Positions 37,378-50,335 of a stretch of 64,000 bases of DNA are shown here, one piece after another (positions within the stretch are counted from its first letter, which is position 1; each line of letters begins with the position of its first letter). The stretch is from Pristiophorus japonicus (lineage: Eukaryota): assembly GCF_044704955.1 (NCBI RefSeq), contig NC_091999.1:22196001-22260000 (forward strand), read 5' to 3'. Below the pieces are notes generated by a model. That model made no database searches, was not told the DNA's origin, and saw nothing but the letters and a program-made list of their open reading frames with translations. The translations under genes were made by a program, and so were the position numbers.

Positions 37378-37884
37378 TCCTTGAGGGAGCGCAGCCAAAG
37401 TTCACAAAACTGATTTGCGGGATGGCAGGATTGACATATGAAAAAATATTGGATTGACTAGCCTTATATTCGCTGGAATTTAGAAGAATGAGAGGGGATC
37501 TCATAGAATCATATACAATTCTGACGGGATTGGACAGGTTAGAAGTAGGAAGAATGTTCCCGATGTTGGGGAAGTCTAGAACCAGGAGTCACAGTCTAAG
37601 GATAAGGGGTAAGCCATTTAGGACAGAGATGAGGAGAAACTTCTTCACCCAGAGAAATGTGAACCGATGGAATTCTCTACCACAGAAGGTTTTTGAGTCC
37701 AGTTAGTTGGATATATTCAAAAGGGAGTTAGATGTGGCCCTTACGGCTAAAGGGATCAGGGGGTATGGAGAGAAGGCAGGAGTGGGGTACTGAAGATATA
37801 TGATCAACCATGATCATATTGAATGGTGCTGCAGGTTCGAAGGGCCGAATTGCCTGCTCCTACACATATTTTCTATGTTTCTAT
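37378..37884 (+). mobile_element. Short CR1 3' insertion present only in duplication copy 1
   Basis: RGDLIE...WNSLP and ttctatgtttctat tail; empty site at ~47790-47810 in copy 2. Confidence 0.85.
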
Positions 37885-40800
37885 ACTACTATGATTAGTG
37901 CCCATGATGGTAAAAATGAAACTGCACCTGTACCTGGCAGGAGGTTAATAAATCCGTAATTATCTGGCATTATTTCTCTCATTACACCAGATCCCGACCC
38001 CGTCGCAGGTTTTATTGCACTAGACCCAGTCTCAGTTTATACGGTTTATGTGGTGGACTTCTAAAAGTTGTTTGATAAAGTGCCATAAAAATTTAAACCC
38101 ATAGAATAAAGTGGACAGTGACAGCATGACAGAGTAGTGGTTACCAGTTATTTTTTGCTGGACTGGGGGAAGGTATACTGTGATATTCTGCAGCGTTTGG
38201 TACGAGGAATACTGCGTTTCTTCATTTATATTCATGACTTAGACTTAGGAGTACAGGATAAAATTTCGAAATTTGCAGATGATACAAAACTTGGAAATAG
38301 AGTGAACAGTGAGGAGGATAGTGATGACTTCAAGAGGACATAGACATGCTGATGGAAGGGGTGCACTCGTGGCAAATGAAACGGAGAAAAGTGTGCAATT
38401 AATCACTTTTATAAGACGAATGAGGAGAGGTAAAATAAACCAAAGCGTACAATTCTAAAGGAGTTGCATGAACACAGTAACCTGATGGTATATGTGCACA
38501 AATCATTGAAGGTCGCAGGGCCGGTTGAGAAAATGGTCAAAAAAGCTTACATGATCCTGGGCATCAAAAATACACACATAAAGTACAAAAGAAAGGAAGT
38601 TATGATGAACGTTTATAAAACACTGGTTAAGCCTCACCTGGAGTATTGTGTCCAATTCTTTAGGAAGGATATAAGGCCTTAGAGAGGATTCAGAAAATAT
38701 TTACAATTGTGGTTCCAGTGACACAGTACTTCGTTTAAGTGGATAGTCTGGAGAAGATGGAATTGTTCTCCTTGGAGCAGGAAGGTTGAGATGAGATTTC
38801 ATAGAGGTGTTCAGAACATAAGGGGACGAGACAGAGTAGATATCGAGAAACTGTTCCCATTGGTGGAAAGACCGAGAACAAAGGGCACAGATTTACGGTG
38901 ATTAGCAGATTGGAAAACTGCAAATATAATGCCCATATTTGCAGGCAAAAAGCTGGAAACTATAAACCAGTTAGTCTAACAGCTGTGCTTGGGAAAATGT
39001 TGGAATCCATTATTAAAGAAGCAGTGGCAGAATATTTGGAAAATAAAAATTCGGTCAGGCAGAGTTAGCATGGATTTATGAAGGGGAAGTCATGTTTGAC
39101 ACATTTTCTGGAAATCTTTGAGGAAGTAACACACAGGGTGGATAAAGAGGAACCAGTGGATGTGATGTATTTGGGCTTTTAGAAGGCATTTGACAAGGTG
39201 CCACATAAAAGGTTACTGCACAAGATAAACAATCACGGGGTTGGGGCTGATATTATAGCAAGGACAGAGGATTAGCTAACTGACAGAAAACAGAGAGTCA
39301 GGTTCAATGGTTCATTCTAGGGTTGGCAATCAGTAAATTTTGTGGTGCTGCAGGGATCAGTGCTGGGAACCCATCTGTATACAATCTACCGACTTTGAAG
39401 AAGGGATCGAGAGTAACATAGCCAAGTTTTATGATGATACAAAGATGGGAGAAAAAGCAATGTGTGACGAGGACACAAAAATACTCCACTACATCTCAGT
39501 AGACCATTCTCAAGTTTATTTTACCCTATCCATCACGTTAAATATTCCCTCCCTCTTCCAACGGTGCAGCATGCCTGCAATGATTAAAATCGCCAAGATG
39601 CTTTGCAGCAACTCCCCAAGACATCCTCGACAACCCTTTCCAGACCTACGACCTCTTCCACCTGGAAGGGCAAGGGCAGCGTGGTCATGGGAACACCATC
39701 ATCTCCATGTATCCCTCCAAATCACACATCAACCTGAGTTGGAAACTTATTACCGTTCCTTCATAGTCGCTGGGTCAAATTCGTGGAACCCCCTCCCGAA
39801 CAATGTGGGGGGTTCCATCACCACATGGACTGCAGCTGTTCAAGGTGGCAGCTCGGCCAATTCGGGATAGACCATCAATGTTTGCCTTGTCAGCGACACC
39901 CACACCCATATGCAAGGAGCGAATAAAGAAATGTCCCTGTATCAGTAATCCTGCACGGGGCCCTATCTCAGTTATTACTGCACTAGAACTATTAATATTG
40001 TACTCGGCCCGGGAGCAGATATTACTGGAATATGTCATGTCTTTGTTCCTATTACACAAGACCCTGTCTCTGTTTATATTAAACTAGACCAGGACATGGA
40101 TTCTATTACACTAGCCCCATCCTTTTACATTATTAAACTAGACCATATCTCTGCTTATATTCCACTGGACCCTGTCTCAGTTATTACTGCACTAAACTCT
40201 GTAACTTCAAGGCCAGGTTCAGCATGTGTTAGCTACATAATAAAGCGCCCTCTACACTGCACCATCAAACATTCCCAGGCCAGGGGCAGCATGTGTCAGG
40301 TACAGAGTAAAGTACCCTCTATTCTGCCCCATCACATACTCCCAGGGCAGGTATAGCACGTGTTAGATACAGAGTAACGCTCCCTCTACTATGTCCCATT
40401 ACACACTCCCAGGGCATGTATAAACCTCCAGTATCACATTAGTGATGTTGCTGTACATGCTGACGAGAAGGAATATTTTCCTTTCTTTCCGTCTGTATCA
40501 TCTTACCTTTATTCTAATAAAATTTAGTGAAATGTACCAAAAAACAATTGTTGCGAGTCTGTTGAGAGATTTGCATTTCTATCTATCTTTATTTCTATGG
40601 TGTGTTGGTGGGGAAACATTATTGTGTCTCTGTCGCTCAATACTCTAATCTGGGACATCTATTTCTGTGATTATTTACATAAAGGCCTGAATGGTTCCTA
40701 TGAATTTTTCATGGCAGCAAAATCATGACAACAGAGTCACTTATTGATTAGTCTCAACTCACAACAAGGGCATATTTTAAGAATATTGACTGTGGGTACA

Positions 40801-41894
40801 CAGCAGTAGCAATATGTCGAACGGTGACGTTGGTTTCAGCTTTGTTTAATTCGAACAGATGTGATTTATATCAAAGGGAATAAATATTAAAATGAATAAT
40901 TCAGTTCTGAAAGTTCTGCTGCTGAAATCAGTGGAACATCTCTGAACACGCTGCTATTCCACTGGATCTCCATTTCGTGGAAGATTAAACGCATTGAAAC
41001 TAAGCAATTTCAACGGGTGACCATCAGTAATATCTGAGCGTTTCACGTATCGCAACTTCTATTTAAGAATGTTGACATTTAGAAAAGCTAGCATTTATAT
41101 AGCGCCCTTCGTGACCTCATGATGTCCCAAATTCTTTACAGCCAATGAATTACTTTGGAAGTGTTGTATTGTTGGAAATGTGGCAACCATTCTGTGCACA
41201 GCAAGATCCCATACACAGCAATGAATAATGATCAGATCATCTGTTTTTCAGATGTTGTTTGAGGGACAAATGTTTTCCGTGGAAACCCTGGAGAACTCCT
41301 CAGCTGTTTAAGATATTGAAATTATTCCTTTAAATCCACCTGAATGGGAAGATGGGGCATCAGCTTAATGTTTGCCCCAAAAGACGGCAGCTCTGACCGT
41401 GCAGCACACCCTCAGTACTGGCATCGGACATATGGCACATATTATGGCCTCAGGTCGCTGGAGTGGGGTTTAGTATCTGTGAACTTCTGAGTCAGAGGCG
41501 AGAGTGATCCCAATGAGCCGAGGCTTGAACATATCACAGCTTGTATTTTAAAATGTTGCCATTCAGTTCATCTTGCCTGAAGTTCAGGGCCTTATCACAG
41601 TCTTACTCCGATCAGTTTATTATCATGCGTGAGGTCTTTTATCTTGTCCGGGATGTCATTTCCACACTGAGGTTTCCACTGGGTCTATATAAAAGTGCCA
41701 GCGATTCCACAAGGAACATCTGGAAGTGCCCGAGGCAGAAGGACTCACGGAACTTGAGTTTTACACTGTGTGAGCTGCAACATCAGAGCAGCTGAAAGCT
41801 AGGATTGTTCTTCTTAGAGCCGAGTAGGTTATGGGCCACTTATTCGAGGTGCTCAAGAATATGAAGAGTTTTGATCGGGTAAAATGGGAGATAC

Positions 41895-42200
41895 TCCATC
41901 ACTCCCTCCCACTATCCTTCCCTCCTACCACCTGTCTCTCCTTCCCTCCCACCCATCATCCCTCTCTCCCTCCATCCCTCCCACCCTCCACCCATTTCTC
42001 CTTTCCTCCCTCCCTTCATCAATCCGTCCCACCATCCCTGCCACCCTCCTTCCATTTCCAGCCCTCCATACCTCCATTGCTCCCCACTTCAATCTCTCCC
42101 TCCCCGCACCCATCCCTCCCACCGTCCAACCATCCCTCCACCCCTCCATCACACCACCCCGCCCATGCTCCACTCCTCCCTACCTCCATACCTCCCTCAG
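41895..42200. repeat. Pyrimidine-rich (CCCT/CCAT)-type simple repeat
   Basis: Homologous tract at ~52620-52830; source of the Pro/Ser-rich ORFs. Confidence 0.9.
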
Positions 42201-42619
42201 CTCAGCCGATTCTTATTTTCCCTTTGCAGTGTTTCTGCTTCCAACGATGAGGATTCCTGAGCTGGAATGTTCTGCACCCAATTCCTCCACCGGGCTTTCA
42301 TATATATTAATAAATAAGAGAGAGAGCGACAGCAAATGGATATATTTAACTGATGAGAAATAAAATGGTGACCTTTCCAGAGAGGGAGTTGGCTGTGGAA
42401 ATGGCACTAGGTAGAAATTCTAGTTGGGGCAGTCGGGATAATTTTCCTTTATATAAATAAAAAAAAATATGGGTAACATCTTTAAAAATTGTTTTAAGTC
42501 ATCGTCGACTTTCAGCTTCTCGTTTTCCCTCCCCATTCTCGCTGTTGAGGATGGGTCAGTGCCCGCCTGGAGCTTGTTGCCATTGTGTGTATGGCATGGT
42601 AGCTCGCAAGCTCTCGCTA

Positions 42620-45600
42620 CATGGACAGACTTGGAGAAGCTGGGGCTGTTCTCCATACAGCAGAGAAGGGTGAGGGGAGATTCAGTAGATTGGTACCTGC
42701 ATGAGGGACTTCAGTTAAAGTGGAGACTGGAGAAGATGGGATTGCTCACCTTGGAGGGGGCAAGATTGAGGGCATCTGTAATAGAATGGTACCAGGGATG
42801 AGGGACTTCAGTTAATGTGGCGAGACATGAGAAGATGGTATTCTCCATTTAGAGGATGAAAGTCTAAGAGAAGATTTGATGGACGGTTTTGAAATCATCA
42901 ATGGATTAGACAGAGTATATCAACAGAAACTGTTTCAGAGTGATGGCGATTGACAAAAGAACAAGAAGTGATATGTAGACGAAATTCTCTATGCAACCAC
43001 GAATTAGGATTTAGAATGTACTGCATGATAGGGTGGTAGATACAGATTCAATAGTAGCCTTCAAAAGGAAATTGTGTAAATATTTGAAGGAGAAAAAATG
43101 CAGTGATATAGGGAAGGAGCGTGGGATTGACATTAACTGGATTATTCTTCGAAAGAGCCGCCACAGACTATATCGGCTGAATGGCCACCGTCTATGCTAT
43201 ACTAATCTATGAGTGACCATAACATGGTTGAATTTCACATTCAATTAGTGGAGGGTGGGGTGGGTGGAGCTGGTGGGTGAGAGTTGGTTCACAAACCAGC
43301 GTCCTAAGTTTAAATGAAGGATACTATGAGGGCAGAGTTGGCGAAAGTGGACTGGGAAAATAGATAAAGGGATGGGACAGATGATGAGCAGTGGCAGATA
43401 TTTAAGGAGATATTTCATAACTCGAAACAAAAATATATCCCAATGAGAAGGCAACACTGCATGAGATAGGGATAACCATCCGTGGCTAACTAAGGAAATA
43501 AGGGAAGGTATCACATTTAAGACTAGTGGGAGGTCAGAGGATTGGGAAACTTTTAAAAGCTAGCAAATAAATAACAAATGATAAAGAGAGGGAAGATAGA
43601 TTATGAAAGTAAACTAGCATGAAATATACAAACAGATAGTAAGAGTTTCTACAGGTGCATAAAAAGGAAAAGTTTGGCTAAAGTAAATATTGGTCACCGA
43701 GACGATGAGACTGGGCAATTAATTACGGAGACCAAAGAAATGGCAAAGTCGTTGAAGAAATATGTTGTATTTGTCTTCACGGTAGAATACATTAAAAACA
43801 TTCCAATAGTGGAACATCAATGGCTATAGGGAGGGAGGAAGTTATTACAATCATGATCACTAATGAAGTAGTACTTGGTAAAATAATGGGACTCAAGACG
43901 GACAACTCCCCTGGAGCTGACGGCTTACATCTTCGGGTCCTAAAAGTAGTGACTGCAGAGATAGTGGATGCTTTGGCTGTAATCTACCAAAATGTCCTGG
44001 ATTCTGGGGCGGGCCCAGCAGATTGGAAAATTGCAAATATAACGTCACAATTTAAAAATGAAGGCAGACAAAAAGCAAGAAACTATAGATCAATGAGCCG
44101 AACGTCAGCCATTGGGAATAAAGTTGGAGTCCATTCAGGAAGCAGTAGCGGGACATTTGGAAAAGCATCATTCAATCAAGCAGAGTCAGCATGGTTTAAT
44201 GAAAGGGAAATCATGTTTGACAAATTTGCTGGAGTTCTTTGAAGATGTAACGAGCAGAGTGGATAAGGGGGGACTAGTGGATGTGGTGTATTTGTATTTC
44301 CAGAATGCATTCGATAAGGTGCCATATAAATGGTTATTGCACAAGATAAAAGTTCACGGGGTTGTGGTTAATATACTAGCATGGATAGCGTATTGGCTAA
44401 CTAGCAGATCGGTTAGTCGGGATATTTGGGTCATTTTCTGGTTGGCAAACAGTGACTAGTGGGGTGCCGCAGGGATCGGTACTTCGTCCTCAATTATTAA
44501 CAATCCATAGTAATGACTTGGATGAAGCCACTGAGTGTAATGTTGGCAAGTTTGCTGATGATACAAAGATGGGTGAGAAAGCAAATTGTGACGTCGACAC
44601 AAAAATCTGCAAAGGGATTTAGACAGGCTAAGTGAGTGTGCAGAACTGCAGAGGATATTGTACGAGAGTACTGCGTAAGGTTTTGGTCTCCATATTTAAG
44701 GAACGATATACTTACATTGGAGGCTGTCCAGAGAAGGTTTACTAGGATGAGTCCGGAGATGAGGAGGCTGACTTATGAAGATAGGTTGAGTAGGTTGAGC
44801 CGATACACATTGGAGTTCAGAAGAATGAGAAGTGATTTTACTGAAACATAGGATAACGAGGGGGCTCAACAAGGTGAATCCAGAGAGGATATTTCTTATT
44901 TTTTATGTACTTATGTTTTTATATTTATATTGCACTGGGCACAGTAGCTGCTTATATTACACTAGACCTTGTCTTTATAATACACTAGACCCTGTCTCTG
45001 TGTGTATTACACTGGGCCCTGCCTCTGTTTATATGACACTAGACCCAGTCTCCCTTCATGTTGCACTAGGTCGTGTATCATTGCACTTCACAAGAAGTCC
45101 CAGCAGATTGGAAAACTGCAAATGTAAAGCGCCTATTTAAAAAAGGAGGAAGCCGGAAAGCAGGAAACTATAGACCAGGTAGCCTAAAATCTGTGTTTGG
45201 GAAATTGTTGGAGTCCATTATTAAATAAGCTTTAGCAGGATATTTGGAAAAGCATAATTCGGTCAGGCAGAGGCAGCATAAATATATGAAGAGGAAGTCA
45301 TGTTTGCAAAAATTGCTGGAAATCTTTGAGGATGTAACGAACAGGGTGGATAAAGGGGAACCAGTGAGTGTGGTTTATTTCGACTTCCAGACGGCATTTG
45401 ACATGGTGCCACATAAAAGGTTACTTCACAAGATAAACCTTCACGGGGTTGGGGGTAATATATTAGTATTGATAGAGGATTGTCTAATTAACAGAAAACA
45501 GAGATTCGGGCTAAATTGTTCATTCTCGGTTTGGCAATCAGTAAATGGTGGCGAGCCGCAGGGATCAGTGCTGGGGTCCCAGCTATTTACAATCTATACT

Positions 45601-46545
45601 AACGAATTGAATGAAGGGACCGAGTATAACACAGAGAAGCTCGTTGACGATAGAAAGATGTGAGGAAAAGCAATATGTAAGGAGGACTCAAAATATCTGC
45701 AAAAGACATAGACAGGCCATGTGAGTGGGAAAAAATTTGACAGATGGAGTATAATGTAAGAAAGTGTGAGATCATGCACTTTGGCATTACAAATCAAAGA
45801 GCAACGTTTTAATTAAATGGAGAAATATTGCAAAGTGCTGCAGTACAGCGGGACCTGGGGGTACTTGTGCATGAAACACAAAAGGTTAATATGCAGGTAA
45901 AGGAAGTGATCAGGAAGGTAAATGGAATTTTGGCCTTTATTACAAAGGGGATGGAGTATAACAGCAGGTTGGTCTTGCTACAGTTGTACAAAGTATTGGT
46001 GAGGCCACACCTGGAAAAATGCGTACAGCTTTGTTTGCCACATTTACGAAAGATTATACTTGCTTTGTAGGCAGTCCAGAGAATGTTCACTAGGTTGAAT
46101 GCGGAGATGAGGGGCTTGACTTACGAGGAATGGTTGAGGAGGTTGGGCATCTACTCATTGGAATTCAGAAGAATGAGTAGTGATCTTATCGAAAAGGTGG
46201 CTACAGAGAGGATCTTTCCAATGATAGGGTAGACTAGAACTCGGGGCATAATCTTAGAATAAGGGGCCGACCAGTTAACACTGAGATGAGGAGGAACTTC
46301 TTTACTCAGAGGGTTGTAAATCTGTGGAATTCATTGCCTCAGAGAGCATTGGATTCCGAGAAATTGAATAATTTTAAGACAGAGATAGACAGTTTGTATG
46401 CGATAAGAGATTAATGGGTTATGGCGAGCACACAAGGAATTGTATCTGAATCCATGATCGGATCAGCCATGATCGTATTGAATGGCGGAGCAGGCTCGAG
46501 GGGCCGTATGGCCGACTCCTGCTTCTATTTCTTATATGCTTATGG
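42620..46545 (+). mobile_element. Mosaic of degenerate CR1 ORF2 fragments
   Basis: SPGADGLH, KGKSCLTNLLEFF, QRDLGVLVHE, LVRPHLE motifs. Confidence 0.85.
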
Positions 46546-46959
46546 TTTTCTAATGTTACAATGTCTGTTTGTGTCGGCCTAGGCTCAGTGTGTCTCACTT
46601 CGCTCCGGTCTCAGAAAGTTTTGGGATAAACTCACACGCCAAGGAATGTATCTCTATTTATTGTAGAACAGACCCTGTCTTCGTTATTTGTGCACTTGAC
46701 CATGCGTCTGTTAGATAGACAGAAGATATATAGACGGTGGATAGATATTAATAAAAATAAAGATATTTATGGTGTGGGTGGGAGGATGCAATACTTTTTT
46801 GGATAGAACATAGGTTTAGTTTCACTAATAGGTAACAAGAGTTGTGGGCAATGTCAAATTGATCTGGTATTGTGTCTGTAATATTTGTATGAGCGGATGG
46901 GGTGAACATTGTAAAAATCTCCCAGAGATGGACTGGGATTTAAAGACAGGACTGAAGGG

Positions 46960-47232
46960 GAGCAATTAACTGCACTTTGCACTACTTAGTGGCACTCGGT
47001 GTGTTAAAGATTACTAATTCACACTTGTGTTGTCCTGTGCCAATTGCTCCCAGTTCTTTAATGTTAAGGATTGTTTTTCCTGCAGTATTTTCTATTGAGC
47101 TTTCACGTGACCCATTGATTGTGTCGGACCGAGCCTGGAACCGTGATCTCAGAGTACCGCCGGATGTGCGGCCGCAGGGTCCAAACATCCACCGGATAAT
47201 AAATCATCTGCTTAAGACGAACAACTGAAAAG
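46960..47232 (-). pseudogene. Degenerate V-set immunoglobulin-superfamily domain (copy 2)
   Basis: LFSCSS*/-1/FIIRWMFGPCGR...RFQ...SRESSIENTAGKTILNIKELGAIGTGQHKCELV; Cys codons at 47223 and 47023; 5' part lies in an N gap. Confidence 0.6.
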
Positions 47233-47478
47233 NNNNNNNNNNNNNNNNNNNNNNNNNNNNNNNNNNNNNNNNNNNNNNNNNNNNNNNNNNNNNNNNNNNN
47301 NNNNNNNNNNNNNNNNNNNNNNNNNNNNNNNNNNNNNNNNNNNNNNNNNNNNNNNNNNNNNNNNNNNNNNNNNNNNNNNNNNNNNNNNNNNNNNNNNNNN
47401 NNNNNNNNNNNNNNNNNNNNNNNNNNNNNNNNNNNNNNNNNNNNNNNNNNNNNNNNNNNNNNNNNNNNNNNNNNNNNN
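47233..47478. other. Assembly gap (246 N)
   Basis: N run. Confidence 0.99.
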
Positions 47479-48909
47479 CATAACGTGTGCAAGTGCATTC
47501 CACAAAGGTAAACTATTATCTCCAACCATTATTTTTCAGCATTTTATTTTATTCAACAGCTAATTGCAGATCGTTTAATACCTTTAACATTTATTGATAA
47601 CGCATTGTCTTGTTTGCTCTTCTTTAGAAAGTGATGTCACACTGACAATTCTGTTATCAAGTTGACCATGTATGTCCGCAGTATTCAGTGGGAAAGTGGA
47701 TTAAATCACATCGAGAATAATGAGCATCCAGCCACCAGTCTCAGCGCTTTATTGTCCAGTGATCACCTCACCATCACACAGAATCCGCTGATATACACCT
47801 CAACTGTATGATTATTGGTTCAAGTGATGGTAAACATGAAACTTCACCTGTACCTGGCATGGGTTAATAAATCTGTAACTATCTGACTTATTGTCTCTCT
47901 CAATACACCAGACCCCATCGCAGTTTTTACTGCAGTAGACTCAGTCTCAGTTTTTTGGTTGATGTGATGGACTTCCAAAAGGCATTTGATAAAGTGCTTT
48001 GATAATATCCTTGCCAGCAAAGTTAAAGCTCATAGAATATAAGGGACAGTGGCATCCATGGATATGAAATTGGCTGAGTGACAGGAGTCAGAGAGCTGTG
48101 GGTTTTTTTTGGACTGGAGGAATGCATACAGTGGTGTTTCGCAGCGGCTGGTTCTAGGAACACTGCTTTTCTTGATTTATATTCATGACCTGGATTCGGG
48201 TGTACTGGGCACAATTTCACCATTTTCAAACGATTCAAAGCTTGGAAGTTTAGTGAACAGTGAGGAGAGGAGGATAGTGATGACTTCAAGAGGACAGCGA
48301 CATGCTGGTGGAATAGACGGACACGTGGCAAATGGAACGCAGAAAAGTGTGAAGTTATACATTTTGGTAGGAAGAACGAAGAGAGTAAAATTAACTGAAG
48401 GGTACAATACTAAAAACTGTGATGAACGCAGGGACCTGGGGGTCCAAATGCAAAAATCTTTGAAGGTGGCAGGGCAGGTTGAGAAAGTGTTTTAAAAAGC
48501 ATATGGGATCCTGGGCTTCATAAATAGAGGAATTGAATATATAAGCAAGGAAATTATGATGAACCTGTGTAAAACACGGTTTCGACGTCAACCTATTACT
48601 GTGTCAAATTCTGGGCACCGTACTTTAGGAAGGATGTGAACGCCTTAGAGCGGGTGCAGAAAATATTTACTTGTGGTTCCAGGGATAAGGTACTGCAGTT
48701 ATGTGGATAGACTGGAGAAGCTGGGGTTGTTCTCATAGAGCACAGAATTTTGAGATGAGACAAAATAGAGGTGTTCAGAATCATAACGGGTCGAGACAGA
48801 GTAGCTGGAGAGAAACTGTTCCCATTGGCGGAATGGTCGAGAACAGGATACAGAATTATCACAATTGCAGAACAACCTAAATTTACATGTGGAAAAATTA
48901 CGATCTGGA

Positions 48910-50335
48910 ATGCACTGCCTGAAAGATTGGTGGTGACAGATTCAATCTTGGCATGGAATTGGATAAGTTCCTGAAGGATAAACAATCATAGGGCTTCGGG
49001 AAATGGCAAGGGAGTGGACACGCTGAAATACTCTTGCAGAGAGCGGCATGGTCTATATAGGCCGAATGACTCTTTTCTGTGCTGTAATTCTATAGTTCTA
49101 TAATACACCAGGAACTGTCTCAGTTATTACTATACTCGACCCTGTTCCAGTTTATATTACCGCAGCCACCACGTTAAATATTCCCTCCCCCCACACCAGC
49201 GCTCCATGTCTGCAGTGATTACTATCCACAAGATGCATTGCAGAAACTCGCCAAGACATCTTCGACAGCACTTTCCAAACCTACGACCTCTTTCACCTAG
49301 AAGAACAAAGGCAGCAGGCTCCTGGAAACGCCATCACTTCCAGCTTCGCCTCCAAATCAAATACCATTCTGACTTGGAAATTTATTACCATTGTTTCATA
49401 GTCGCTGGTTCAAATTCGTGGAACCCGCTCCCTAACACTGTGAGAGTGGCTTCACCACACGGTCGACAGCGGGACAAGGCGGCAGCTCACCACCTGCTTC
49501 TCAAGATCAATTAATATAGACAATTAATGTTGGCCTTGATTGCACTGCCTGAATGAGTGGTGGAGGCAGATTCAATCATGGCATGGAATTGGATAAGTTC
49601 CTGAAGGAAGAACAATCACAGGGCTACGGAAAAGTGCGGGTGGGTGGACTAGCTGAAATACTCTTGCAGAGGGCGGCATGCTCTATATGGGCCGAATGAC
49701 TCTCTTCTGTGCAATAATTCTATAATTCTATACTACACCAGGGACTGTCTCAGGTATTACTATGCGAGACCCTCTTCAAGTTTACATTACCCCAGCCACA
49801 ACGTTAAAAATTCACTCGCTCCACCACCAGCGCTCCATGTTTGCAGTGATTACTATCCACAAGGTGCATTGCAGCAACTCGCCAAGACATCTTCGACAGC
49901 ACTTTCCAAACCTACGACCTCTCTCACCTAGAAGAACAAAGGCCGCAGGCTCCTGGGAACACAATCACCTCCAAGTTCGCCTCCAAATCGCACACCATCT
50001 TGACTTGGAAATTTATTACCATTGCTTAATAATCGCTGGTTCAAATTCGTGGAACCCGCTCTCTAACACTGTGGGAGTGCCTTCACCACACGGTCTACAG
50101 CGGGTCAAAGGGGCAGCTGACAACCTGCTTCTCAAGACCTATTATGGATAGGCAATTAATGTTGGCCTTGATTGCACTGTCTGAATGATTGGTGAGACAG
50201 ATTCAATCATGGCATGGAATTGGATATGTTCCTGAAGAAAGAACAATCGCAGGGCTACGTGAAAGGGCAGTCGAGTGGACCAGCTGAAATACTCTTGCAG
50301 AGTGCGGCATGCTCTATATGGGCCGAATGACTCTC
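48910..50335 (+). repeat. ~630-bp tandem duplication containing the 3' end of a second LINE family
   Basis: HKMHCxNSPRHLRQHFPNLRPLSPRRTKAAG at 49206 and 49840; single copy of the same fragment at ~39550-39930. Confidence 0.8.

Noticed and set aside
41831-42363. Pro/Ser-rich ORFs (also 52558-52950)
   Set aside because: Derived from a CCCT/CCAT simple repeat fused to a CR1 fragment.
46960-47005. CACACCG / CACACGG after the second Cys of the V-like domains as an RSS
   Set aside because: Only the CACA start and final G match the heptamer, and neither copy has a nonamer at 12 or 23 bp.
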